In this document: piece after piece, positions 8,404 to 16,573 of the stretch | How positions within the stretch are numbered: position 1 is the first letter of the stretch | Layout: each line of letters starts with the position of its first letter | DNA from: Dehalococcoides sp. JdFR-56 | GTDB lineage: Bacteria; Chloroflexota; Dehalococcoidia; Dehalococcoidales; RBG-16-60-22 | Direction: 5' to 3' | DNA length: 64,000 bases | Assembly: GCA_002011495.1 (NCBI GenBank) | Contig: MTNR01000061.1 | Location: 2,131 to 66,130 of the forward strand | Translations under genes and position numbers: made by a program | Notes under the pieces: model-generated | Seen by the model: the letters and a program-made list of their open reading frames with translations, nothing else | Database searches by the model: none | What the model was told of the DNA's origin: nothing

Positions 8404-8811
8404 CTAGGGCACTTTCATGGCCCAAATAAGACCGGAGCACGTCCAAATGAAATCGGAAGAGAAGACTTTTGATTTCAAACCCAGGAGTGCCACCTCTATT
8501 GTCTTCCGTGGGTTAAATTTACGGGCAATTTCAGCTATGAGGCGCCTTGCGAAACAAGTTCCACACACAATGCATCTTTTTATCTTTTCGCCACCGGGTT
8601 GAGCGGAAATCTCGTCACAAAATTTGAGATCCAGTTCATCATGAGATAGGACATCTGCTTCGTGTGGCATACGACCTCCGGTTCCAACACCACAAGTAGT
8701 GGCGCTTTTTCTTTCTCTTTTACTACATGCGTTTAATAGGCATCTTTCTCTCAGTGCCCACTCGTCGGGTCTTTCCAACATTTTGGCACCTGTTTCGCTC
8801 ATTCCCTGCAC
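8404..8811 (-). CDS. degenerate or truncated HdrC-like protein (135 aa); possibly a pseudogene
   Basis: It contains KRCIVCGTCFARR...FNPRKTIEVALLGLK...SSDFIWTC. This parallels the HdrC pattern CxxCxxCxxxCP...PRK...LG...W.CxxCxxCxxxCP. However, the fourth Cys-Pro is replaced (RR), and the ORF stops (TCSGLIWAMKVP*) before a second cluster motif. The other two frames do not restore the motif. Confidence 0.4.
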   Translation of the reverse strand: MQGMSETGAKMLERPDEWALRERCLLNACSKRERKSATTCGVGTGGRMPHEADVLSHDELDLKFCDEISAQPGGEKIKRCIVCGTCFARRLIAEIARKFNPRKTIEVALLGLKSKVFSSDFIWTCSGLIWAMKVP

Positions 8812-8858
8812 ATCCTTCCAGTAATCCCCCTAAGAGACCAAGGGTTTCTGTCCAACTA

Positions 8859-9548
8859 CTACGTATCCTGCCTCCTTTCCGTTTTCCATGGCAGCTCTAT
8901 CAGTCCTTTGCCCATGGCATACTTTATTAGCTCGGTACGATTACGGAGACCGAGCTTCTGCATCATGTTCGTCGTGTGCCTAAGCACCGTTTTCACGCTT
9001 ATGAAGAGCGCGTCGGCAATCTGCCGGTTGGTGTGCCCCTCAGCCACCAACTGTAGTATCTCTCTTTCCCTATCTGTGAGCCGCTCATATTCATTTTTTT
9101 CTTCTGCCACCTGCATCAAGTATTCCTGTATCAAAGTCATAGCTGCTGAAGGATAAAGGAACGACTCGCCTCTGTGCACAGCGCGTATGGCCGAAATAAG
9201 GTCTGACGCTGGGGCAGTCTTAGAGATATAACCCCGAGCTCCTGCCCGGAGCATGGAGAGGACATATTCCGGGTCATCGTACTGGGTGAGCACCAGCACC
9301 TTGACGCCGGGATTCTTTTTACGGATGCGCCGGGTAGCCTCAAGACCACCCATGATCGGCATCACGATGTCCATAAGCACTACTTGGGGAGCAAGCCGCC
9401 GTACCTTGTCAATCGCATCCCTCCCCTCACTTGCCTCCCCTACTATCTCAACATCCTCGCAATCCTTGAGCAGGGCACGGATCCCCTCCCTGAACATCGC
9501 GTGATCATCAACCACGAGCACCCTTATCTTAGACACCTCCCTATCCAC
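8859..9548 (-). CDS. NarL/FixJ-family response regulator (REC + LuxR-type HTH), paralog 1
   Basis: IRVLVVDDHAMFREG ... VVLMDIVMP (acceptor Asp) ... LTDREREILQLVAEGHTNRQIADALFISVKTVLRH. The start is uncertain: GTG at 9548, or the GTG 12 nt downstream, which aligns with the paralog's MSKI start. Confidence 0.85.
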   Translation of the reverse strand: MDREVSKIRVLVVDDHAMFREGIRALLKDCEDVEIVGEASEGRDAIDKVRRLAPQVVLMDIVMPIMGGLEATRRIRKKNPGVKVLVLTQYDDPEYVLSMLRAGARGYISKTAPASDLISAIRAVHRGESFLYPSAAMTLIQEYLMQVAEEKNEYERLTDREREILQLVAEGHTNRQIADALFISVKTVLRHTTNMMQKLGLRNRTELIKYAMGKGLIELPWKTERRQDT

Positions 9549-9804
9549 CCTCTACCGGGTCTCGATCCCCGAACTGCTACTGCTAGCTAAGCACCACTGC
9601 TGTGCCCAAGGCGCTGCGCGACAACCCCCATAACCCACGACCCATTGTTTATGCACAATCCCTCGGGACATGGGCTGGTGGTCCGCCGCTAGGGATATCT
9701 ACCTAGATATTAGGCAAATATGCTCTGGAAAAACAGGGAAAACATACTCAAAATTGTGTGCAAAAGTGCGTAATTATGTGGGAAAAATATCCCACTCCAG
9801 CGGT

Positions 9805-9841
9805 CAAAAAGAGGGGGGACTCTCCTGCAGAGAGTCCCCCC
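9805..9841 (-). terminator. rho-independent terminator after response regulator paralog 2
   Basis: Perfect 12-bp stem GGGGGGACTCTC (9813..9824) / GAGAGTCCCCCC (9830..9841) with a 5-nt loop. On the minus strand the stem is followed by TCTTTTTG. It lies 28 nt downstream of the stop at 9869. Confidence 0.75.
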
Positions 9842-9868
9842 TATGCAATTAACTACCTCGCCTGTTGT

Positions 9869-10537
9869 TCAGTCTTTTTCCATTTTACATGGCATCTCAA
9901 TTAACCCTTTGCTAATGGCGTACTTTATTAGGTCAGTGCGATTATGAAAGCCCAGCTTCTCCATAATGTTGGTCCGGTATCTGAGCACCGTTTTGACGCT
10001 GATGGAGAGCCTTTCCGCAATGTCGCGGTTGGTGTGTCCCTCAGCCACCAGCTGGAGAATCTCCCTTTCTCGGTCGGTAAGGCGCTCGTACTCGTTTTTT
10101 TCACCGCCGACCCGTGTCAGGTATTCCTCAATTAGAGCGGTGGCAGCGGAGGGATAAAGGAAGGACTCCCCCTTATGAAGAGTGCGGATAGCAGAAACCA
10201 ATTCTGAGGCGGTGGCGGTCTTGGAAATGTAGCCCCAGGCACCTGCCCTGAGCATGGGGAGGATATACTCGCTGTCTTCATACTGGGTGAGTACCAGCAC
10301 CCTCGCGTTCGGGTTTTCCCTGCGAATACGCCGGGTCGCCTCCAGACCTCCCATGACGGGCATGGCGATATCCATAAGCACAACATGCGGGCCGAGCTGG
10401 CGCATCTTTTCGATGGCTTCCCTACCCTCAGCGGCCTCCCCTACTATCTCAACATCTTCATAACTGTCCAGCAGGGAACGAATCCCCTCTCTGAACATAG
10501 CGTGGTCATCGACCACTAGCACCTTTATCTTGGACAT
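9869..10537 (-). CDS. NarL/FixJ-family response regulator, paralog 2
   Basis: MSKIKVLVVDDHAMFREG ... VVLMDIAMP ... LTDREREILQLVAEGHTNRDIAERLSISVKTVLRY. It aligns colinearly with paralog 1, with roughly three quarters of residues identical by eye. It overlaps the kinase stop by 32 nt. Confidence 0.85.
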   Translation of the reverse strand: MSKIKVLVVDDHAMFREGIRSLLDSYEDVEIVGEAAEGREAIEKMRQLGPHVVLMDIAMPVMGGLEATRRIRRENPNARVLVLTQYEDSEYILPMLRAGAWGYISKTATASELVSAIRTLHKGESFLYPSAATALIEEYLTRVGGEKNEYERLTDREREILQLVAEGHTNRDIAERLSISVKTVLRYRTNIMEKLGFHNRTDLIKYAISKGLIEMPCKMEKD

Positions 10538-12368
10538 CTCCTTCCCCCCACTTTACCGGGATTTCCACTGCCACTCTGGTCCCACCACCTGGTCTAGTAT
10601 CAATGGTGAAAGTTCCTCCCAGCAACTCAGCACGCTCTTTCATGCCCAATAAACCCACTCCCTTGCTGGTGCCGGCTGGGGAACTAAACACATGTGAGGG
10701 GTCAAAGCCAACACCGTCATCTTCAATTTGAAGACCAATGCTCTCATCATTGAACTCCAAGCTAAGATAGGCGCTTTCGGCACGAGCGTGGCAGGCAATG
10801 TTGGTGATTGCCTCCTGGGCGATGCGAAAAAGCGCTATCTCCACCTGCGGTGGCAACCTTCTCTCCTGACCAATGACCTCCAGGTGTACCTCTACTCCAG
10901 CGGCGTCCAGGGCATTATGAGCACATGATCGCAGCGCGGCAGGCAGCCCCAGATCATCAAGCAGACTGGGTCTCAGGTCATAGATTAATCTATGCACCTC
11001 CTTGGAGGTACTAGCCAGCAAAGACTTTATCCCTTCCAGTTGGTTGGCGATGTCCTTGGCCTTTAGCCTCGACTGAGTGGTCAGGGCTTCCAAGCGAACG
11101 GCGAGAGTAGCCAGAGCCTGACTGGTCACATCGTGAAGTTCCCGGGCCACCCGACGACGCTCGTCCTCCTGAGCGGAGATGAGTTGCCGCAAGAGTTCGG
11201 TCCGTATTTGCTCCTTGAGCTGGAGTTCGCGGTACAACTGGGCATTCTCGATAGCAATGCCTAACTGATGCCCCAGCGCAGTCAAGAGCTGCACTTCCTG
11301 CTGGGAAAAGGACCGTACTTTTCGGCTGGCTACATTGAGCACGCCGACCACTCTCTCCTTGGACTTCAAAGGCACACTAACCAGCGCTTTTAACCCTTCT
11401 TCGGCCACTACCGGCCGTGTAATTCTCGGTTCCCGGGAAATATCGTCCACCACCAGGGTTTCGCCCCGCTGGGCAACCTGCCCAGCGATGCCTTCCCCTA
11501 ACGCAAGACCGGAAACTCCCTGGACAAACTGTTCTGACAGACCACGATGAACCTGGTAGGAAAGCGTTTGCGAGTTCTCGTCAAGAAGTAGAATACCGCC
11601 AACTTCAGCATCTACAAGGTCAAGGACTTTATCCAGGGCACTGTTGAGTACGATGTCAAGGCTCATTGATTGGCTCACCGTGCTGGCAACGGCATTCAGA
11701 GCAAGAAGATGGCGGTTAGCCTCTAGGATTCGTTTTTCCAGCTCCTTACTTTCAGTAACATCCCTAATTAGCTCCACGACCTGGGTGATTTTGCCGTCGG
11801 TATCGTATACCGGTGAGGCGCTTACCTCAACATACCTCTCCTGCCTAAAGCCTCCCTTAGCGGTACGGTGCACATGAACTACTCGAACCGGTGTGCCAGT
11901 TTGCCAGACCTTTCTCACCGGACAGGTACAGGAGGGCGAATGACAGGGATGGCTCATCTGGTGGGTTACCTCATAGCAGTAGCGCCCCACGACCTCCTGA
12001 TCTGGGTGCTTAAGGCACAGACTTCGGTTGGCCTGAATGATACGCCATCGTTCATCCAGTACCATCAAGTCTTCGTCAAGACTATCAATAATAGTTTGCA
12101 AGAAATCCCGGGACCTCCTTAGCTGTTCAGCTGATTCGTCTAATAACCGGTTCTTTTGCTCCAACTCTTGTAAGGAATCCCTCAGCCGTTCTCGCATTAC
12201 TTGGTAGGTGTTCGCCGGTAGCCCGGTTTCCGCTCTGGCGAACCGAGCTACTTGACTAACCAGCCTCAGCAAGCTGTGTCGAATCGTCCGGGTCAGAGTG
12301 ACCCAGACCAAGGTGCTAAGGTTGGTCACCAACTGGATTTTGTGTACCACAAGGGCCGCAACACCCAT
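10506..12368 (-). CDS. sensor histidine kinase, apparently soluble: PAS - GAF - HisKA_3 - HATPase_c (NarX/LiaS class)
   Basis: PAS-like region with LMVLDERWRIIQANRS. GAF-like region (LLLDENSQTLSYQVHRGL ... SVPLKSKERVVGVLNV). H-box RVARELHDVTSQAL. ATPase N/G boxes (QEAITNI, DDGVGF, GLLGMKERAELLGG). No convincing TM helix. The N-terminal start is uncertain. Confidence 0.85.
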   Translation of the reverse strand: MGVAALVVHKIQLVTNLSTLVWVTLTRTIRHSLLRLVSQVARFARAETGLPANTYQVMRERLRDSLQELEQKNRLLDESAEQLRRSRDFLQTIIDSLDEDLMVLDERWRIIQANRSLCLKHPDQEVVGRYCYEVTHQMSHPCHSPSCTCPVRKVWQTGTPVRVVHVHRTAKGGFRQERYVEVSASPVYDTDGKITQVVELIRDVTESKELEKRILEANRHLLALNAVASTVSQSMSLDIVLNSALDKVLDLVDAEVGGILLLDENSQTLSYQVHRGLSEQFVQGVSGLALGEGIAGQVAQRGETLVVDDISREPRITRPVVAEEGLKALVSVPLKSKERVVGVLNVASRKVRSFSQQEVQLLTALGHQLGIAIENAQLYRELQLKEQIRTELLRQLISAQEDERRRVARELHDVTSQALATLAVRLEALTTQSRLKAKDIANQLEGIKSLLASTSKEVHRLIYDLRPSLLDDLGLPAALRSCAHNALDAAGVEVHLEVIGQERRLPPQVEIALFRIAQEAITNIACHARAESAYLSLEFNDESIGLQIEDDGVGFDPSHVFSSPAGTSKGVGLLGMKERAELLGGTFTIDTRPGGGTRVAVEIPVKWGEGDVQDKGASGR

Positions 12369-13061
12369 CTTGCCCAGCTAATTAAGCCAGATTTAGAAAA
12401 ATTCTATCACAAGCTGCGACAAATGGCAAAGGATTCTGCTCCCAATGGACGTCAAAAACTGCGCCAGATTTTCGCAAATTTGACACATTTTAACCCTAAA
12501 AGCACGAACTTTTCTTATTGCCACTTAGCGGAAAAAAGATTAAGCTTAGGAACAAGCAAGAGGGAGAGGCTTGCCTTTAGAGAGGGGGACTGGCAGGGGT
12601 GAGGTGAGTGACACGTGGGTCGTGGGAATCTAGGTTAGCTTCGGTTATGCTTTGCTGTGTCGGCGCTAATAGTCACTTCGTTATATCTGGTTTGATGGAA
12701 AGTGTGCGCCCAAGTATTGAGCTAGGTGACAAAAAGACAACAGCGATTATTCTACGTATGCAGCGTGCGCAATGTAAAAACCCGAGTCGAGGGTTGCCCG
12801 ATTTTGGTGATGGCACTCCTGAGAGAGGAGGATCGTGAAACAAGGGTTGAATATTATCTCAGCGATATTTGCCATTATTGTCTCGCCGCTAATGGTCCTT
12901 GTTTGGCCTCTGCTTTTTTGGGTAGGATCAGGTATCGCATTGTACCAGTGGAGAAAATAAGCTAACTGCTTAAGGCAGGCACAGCAAACTCTGGGCGCCA
13001 CCCTTATGGTTGGATAGATGCGGTTAGGAGAGTTTGGCGGGACAATCCCTCGTTCTCCTGA

Positions 13062-13462
13062 TTAAGGACCAATCCCCAAAATGATTCGGTGGCAGGTAAC
13101 CAAGCCCCGAAAGTAGTCTGTTTTGGTATATACTTCTTCGCCGAAATAGGAAAGCATGGTTACCACGTTATGATAAGTCTCGTACTCGCACAGATTCACC
13201 TCCTCATGTTTCAGTGTCTTGGGAAAAAGCTTTGCATCATGGCGTTCTGATAGGGATTGCCGGTGCGCGCCATGCTGATTTCTAATCCGCATCTTTTGAG
13301 CTCGCCCACATATTCACTGGAAGCATACTGTACCTCCTGGTCGGAGTGATGGATAACACCAGGGCCGGGCTGCCTCTCTTTGGTGACAGTTTTCCGAGCA
13401 ACAGTGTCATCTTCGGTGGCTCTCATCATGTCAGTCTGGAAACTTGCAGGTGGCATCAGCAT
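13062..13462 (-). pseudogene. IS3-family transposase (OrfB / rve integrase core) remnant, frameshifted and truncated
   Basis: Two overlapping minus-strand ORF fragments. One reads ...GVIHHSDQEVQYASSEYVGELKRCGLEISMARTGNPYQNAMMQSFF. The second, in another frame, reads ...FPKTLKHEEVNLCEYETYHNVVTMLSYFGEEVY. Together they reproduce the IS3 pattern HSDxGxQYxSxxY...SMSRxGNPxDNAxxESFFxTLKxE...EYxT. The N-terminal half and OrfA are missing. Confidence 0.7.
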
Positions 13463-13533
13463 GGGCTAGACTGACTCAACCTGCCGTTGCTCCGCTCCTC
13501 CCCACAGGTGGCCGGTTTGATCGAAACCGGCAT

Positions 13534-14802
13534 TTATTGCTTCTTTTTGCGCCAGTCATACGGTCTTCTTTTTCTTAAGACTAGATTATGAGCTTTTAGT
13601 CTTATGGCATTGATGTTAATAAATCCTCGCGAATCTGTTGCGTCAAAGCCACCTTCTACTTCCATGCTGGACAATTCAGGATCATAGAGGGAGGTCGGTG
13701 ATTCTCTACCAATTACATTTATATTTCCTTTGTACAAAGAGAGGATAACCTTGCCATCAATGGCCTCTTGGCTTTTGTTGAAAGCACACATGAGGAAATC
13801 CATCTCTGGAGAAAACCAAAATCCATTATAGATAAGCTCAGAAAATTTTGGTGTCAGCATATCCCTTAGGTGCATCACTTCTTTATCCATAGCAATTCCC
13901 TCAATGTCTCTGTGTGCAAGCCAAAGAATAGCTGCTCCCGGCGCCTCATATATTCCTCTGGATTTGATACCAATAAATCTGTTTTCAATCATGTCTACCC
14001 GGCCAATCCCGTTTTTACTTCCCAGCTCATTGAGATACATGAACAATTCTAAAGGCCTGGCTTTTATGGTTCCATCATTTTTGTTCACAACTTGGATGGG
14101 ATACCCGTCTTTAAAATGGATTTCAATTATTGTTTCTTCGTCCGGGGCTCTTTGAGGAGAGGTGGTAACAGTAAACAGGTTCTCTGGCGGCCTGAACATA
14201 GGATCTTCCAAAATTCCCGATTCATGGCTAATATGCATTAGATTCTCATCCTCGCTATATGGCTTTCCCGCTGTGGCTTTGACAGGAATTCTCCATTTTT
14301 TAGCGTAACTAATAAGATCACTTCTCCCTTTGAACTCCGCCAGAAACTCAGGGTCTTTCCAGGGAGAAATGACCTTTATGTTTGGATTCAGCGCGTAGTA
14401 AGTTAGCTCAAATCTTACTTGGTCATTGCCTTTACCAGTTGCTCCGTGAGCCACATATTCGGTCTTTTCTTTTTCGGCTATCTCAACTTGTCTTTTGGCA
14501 AGGAGTGGTCTGGCCAGAGCAGTCCCCAAGAAATATCGCCCCTCATAGCTTGCATTCCCTCGGAGAGCTGGGAAAACAAAATCGGTAACAAACTCTTCTC
14601 TCAGGTCTTCGATATAGACTTTCGACGCTCCAGTCTCCAAGGCTTTCATCTTGATTGCTTCAAAATCATCTTTTTGTCCCACATTGCCAACAAAACAGAC
14701 AACGTCATATCCTTTGTTCACTAACCATTTCAAAATTACGGAGGTGTCCAAACCGCCACTATAAGCCAGCACAACTTTTTTCTTTGCTGTAGTTTTCATC
14801 AT
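13534..14802 (-). CDS. argG: argininosuccinate synthase
   Basis: [12 protein letters not shown] (ATP PP-loop), [47 protein letters not shown]. The start was moved to ATG at 14802 (MMKTTAKKK), which has GGGGAG about 9 nt upstream. The 33-codon upstream extension in the ORF track has no support. Confidence 0.9.
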   Translation of the reverse strand: MMKTTAKKKVVLAYSGGLDTSVILKWLVNKGYDVVCFVGNVGQKDDFEAIKMKALETGASKVYIEDLREEFVTDFVFPALRGNASYEGRYFLGTALARPLLAKRQVEIAEKEKTEYVAHGATGKGNDQVRFELTYYALNPNIKVISPWKDPEFLAEFKGRSDLISYAKKWRIPVKATAGKPYSEDENLMHISHESGILEDPMFRPPENLFTVTTSPQRAPDEETIIEIHFKDGYPIQVVNKNDGTIKARPLELFMYLNELGSKNGIGRVDMIENRFIGIKSRGIYEAPGAAILWLAHRDIEGIAMDKEVMHLRDMLTPKFSELIYNGFWFSPEMDFLMCAFNKSQEAIDGKVILSLYKGNINVIGRESPTSLYDPELSSMEVEGGFDATDSRGFININAIRLKAHNLVLRKRRPYDWRKKKQ

Positions 14803-15253
14803 TCGGCAGTCTCCCCTTTTATATGGATAATTGCGGTGGCAACCCTCCAGCGGGCCCGCGTCTAGCCGTCCGCTTTCGCCATCGTCAGCAGGCATGAACA
14901 AAATCTCGAACTAACAATCGCTTGGCGTCACTCCACATCTTCCTGTGTGACTATTATACAATTTATCGTGTCCGGTAGTCTTCTGGAGCCGCTTTGAGTT
15001 CTGTGGCGGTAAAACCGCAGGAACCAGAGGAAAAGCGAGACTACCCCTTGTACTCTAGTTAAGACACGAAGAGACACCCGCTAACTTTCGTCCAGCCGCA
15101 CAATCATAATCTTCTTCAGAAAGGAAACAAGTGGTCGGTCTAGCAGGCGGTTACTAGTTTTTGTCTTTGCCGAGCCTCTTAATCAGCCGGTTGGAGCTTC
15201 GAGCCCTCTGTGGCTCACTTTGGAAGTCCTATCACTTCGCCAGCTTTTGTGAC

Positions 15254-16159
15254 TCATCGGTAGGTTCTTTTTGGAGCTTGGTCCAACTCATGTTGAGGTT
15301 CATAATTCCAAAAGTTGATCGGATAAGTAGGGTTGAAAGTGCACAGATATCTCTTTTCTCTTAAGCTTACACCCATTCCATATTGGTCGCATAGGACTTT
15401 GAATTCTCCCACAAGTTGAAAGCGATTTTGCTTAGTTTTGATAGTTTCGTCTGTCGGCTCTTCGCAAAAGAAGTTAGCGAAACGTAGCTGGTCTTTGTTA
15501 CACCGGGAGTCTAGCCACTTAACGCAGTTTTCACCCTCTCTTCTTGTAAAACAACCCATCCCCGCAAATAGGTCAGCAAGTTGAATAAGTGGTTCTCTGA
15601 CTGAGTTGCGTGGCTCTGTGTTCCTAATCTGAAGCAATTGGCCTACTCGCTCATTTTCGAGAAGTAATAGGGAATTAGCTTGGTACCCACTTAAACGTGT
15701 TCTATCCAAAACCTGTGCAAGTTCATGCCAGCGAATCTGTGAATTTTCGTCTGGGTAGAAATTCCACTCTGCTTGATTCCATCGCCTTGCCGCATGGGTA
15801 AGTACTTTGTAGTACATACGCTCTAGGTTGGCTGCGTCATCTCTTCCTTGGACAGCATGACGTGAATCTTGAACGTCCCAGACAAGAACATCAACCCTTG
15901 CCTTTGCCTTGCTCGCAAACTCCTTGACAAAGCATTGAACAAACTCTTGGGCAGCTTCAATTATTGGGCGATGGGTTCTGATTAAAGCAAATTTTACCTC
16001 AGGGATTCGCTTGTCGGCTAGGATACGTTTGAGGTGATTCGTCAACTGGGACAGCACAATATCCTGACCGGTAACTACTGCGATAGCCTGGAAGCGCTCG
16101 GTAAAAGTACCTGATTCATCACTGTAGGCTGAGAATGTCCCACCTTTCATGCGCGTCAA
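15254..16159 (-). CDS. DUF3800-like hypothetical protein (orphan)
   Basis: 301-aa ORF. N-terminal YSDESG and C-terminal IQLADLFAGM resemble the two signature blocks I associate with DUF3800. Assigned by motif memory only. Confidence 0.5.
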   Translation of the reverse strand: MTRMKGGTFSAYSDESGTFTERFQAIAVVTGQDIVLSQLTNHLKRILADKRIPEVKFALIRTHRPIIEAAQEFVQCFVKEFASKAKARVDVLVWDVQDSRHAVQGRDDAANLERMYYKVLTHAARRWNQAEWNFYPDENSQIRWHELAQVLDRTRLSGYQANSLLLLENERVGQLLQIRNTEPRNSVREPLIQLADLFAGMGCFTRREGENCVKWLDSRCNKDQLRFANFFCEEPTDETIKTKQNRFQLVGEFKVLCDQYGMGVSLREKRYLCTFNPTYPINFWNYEPQHELDQAPKRTYR

Positions 16160-16573
16160 ACACTCCCAGCTAGATACTATTACTAAACGCGCCTATTCGC
16201 AACTTTTGATTCTGTAGAACATCAAGAAGGCCACCTGCGCCTGGACCTCGTGAAGAGTGGGGACTCGTCTAAATCTTAAGACTCTCCATCTGGAAGTTAC
16301 TCTTGCACGAGCCATTCGAAAAACGTAGAGTAGCGGAAGCGATAGGTAAGACCATGCGTGTCCTGATAACAGGTGGAAGCCGTCTTGTCGGCCGAGCACT
16401 TGTAGCTAACTTAGCCCGATTGATAGACTAAACCACCAGGGTAGGGCTGAGCGAATGGCCAAGCTGATCATGAAATAGGGTCTTGTTTGGCTAGAGAAAT
16501 GCAAAAGGTCGAGGTCAATCAGGTTAGCACCACGAAGACAGGGGACTTTTGGCCGGCACGTCAAACAGCGGCA

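Noticed and set aside
12252-13001. Several 76-116-aa ORFs on both strands in the spacer between the kinase gene and the IS remnant
   Set aside because: They are mutually overlapping, with no RBS and no motifs. The region looks like decayed non-coding DNA. Only the 41-codon RBS-preceded mini-ORF was kept, as a low-interest finding.
13510-13531. Hairpin GCCGGTTT-GATCG-AAACCGGC just downstream of argG, considered as an intrinsic terminator
   Set aside because: The 8-bp stem is real. On the argG (minus) strand, however, it is followed by CACCTGTGGGG rather than a U-tract, so I do not call it a terminator. It may still be an RNA-stabilising element.
14803-14901. 33-codon N-terminal extension of argG in the ORF track. 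Similar upstream extensions occur for mog, korA, the OmpR-type regulator, phoU, the racemase-like gene, the MacA-like adaptor, iclR and rsmD.
   Set aside because: In each case an internal ATG or GTG sits at the proper distance from a GGAGG-type Shine-Dalgarno and coincides with the start of the conserved family N-terminus. Some of the extensions also overlap the neighbouring gene.
14903-15253. Possible riboswitch or leader upstream of argG (TATAAT-like box near 14962-14967 on the minus strand, GC-rich palindrome GCGGGCCCGC in the leader)
   Set aside because: I could not match it to any riboswitch or T-box architecture that I know. Only a covariance-model scan (Rfam/Infernal) could decide, so it is not reported as a feature.
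16193-16399. 68-aa minus-strand ORF
   Set aside because: It has no RBS, an Arg-rich odd composition, and overlaps the epimerase-like stub on the other strand. It is probably non-coding.
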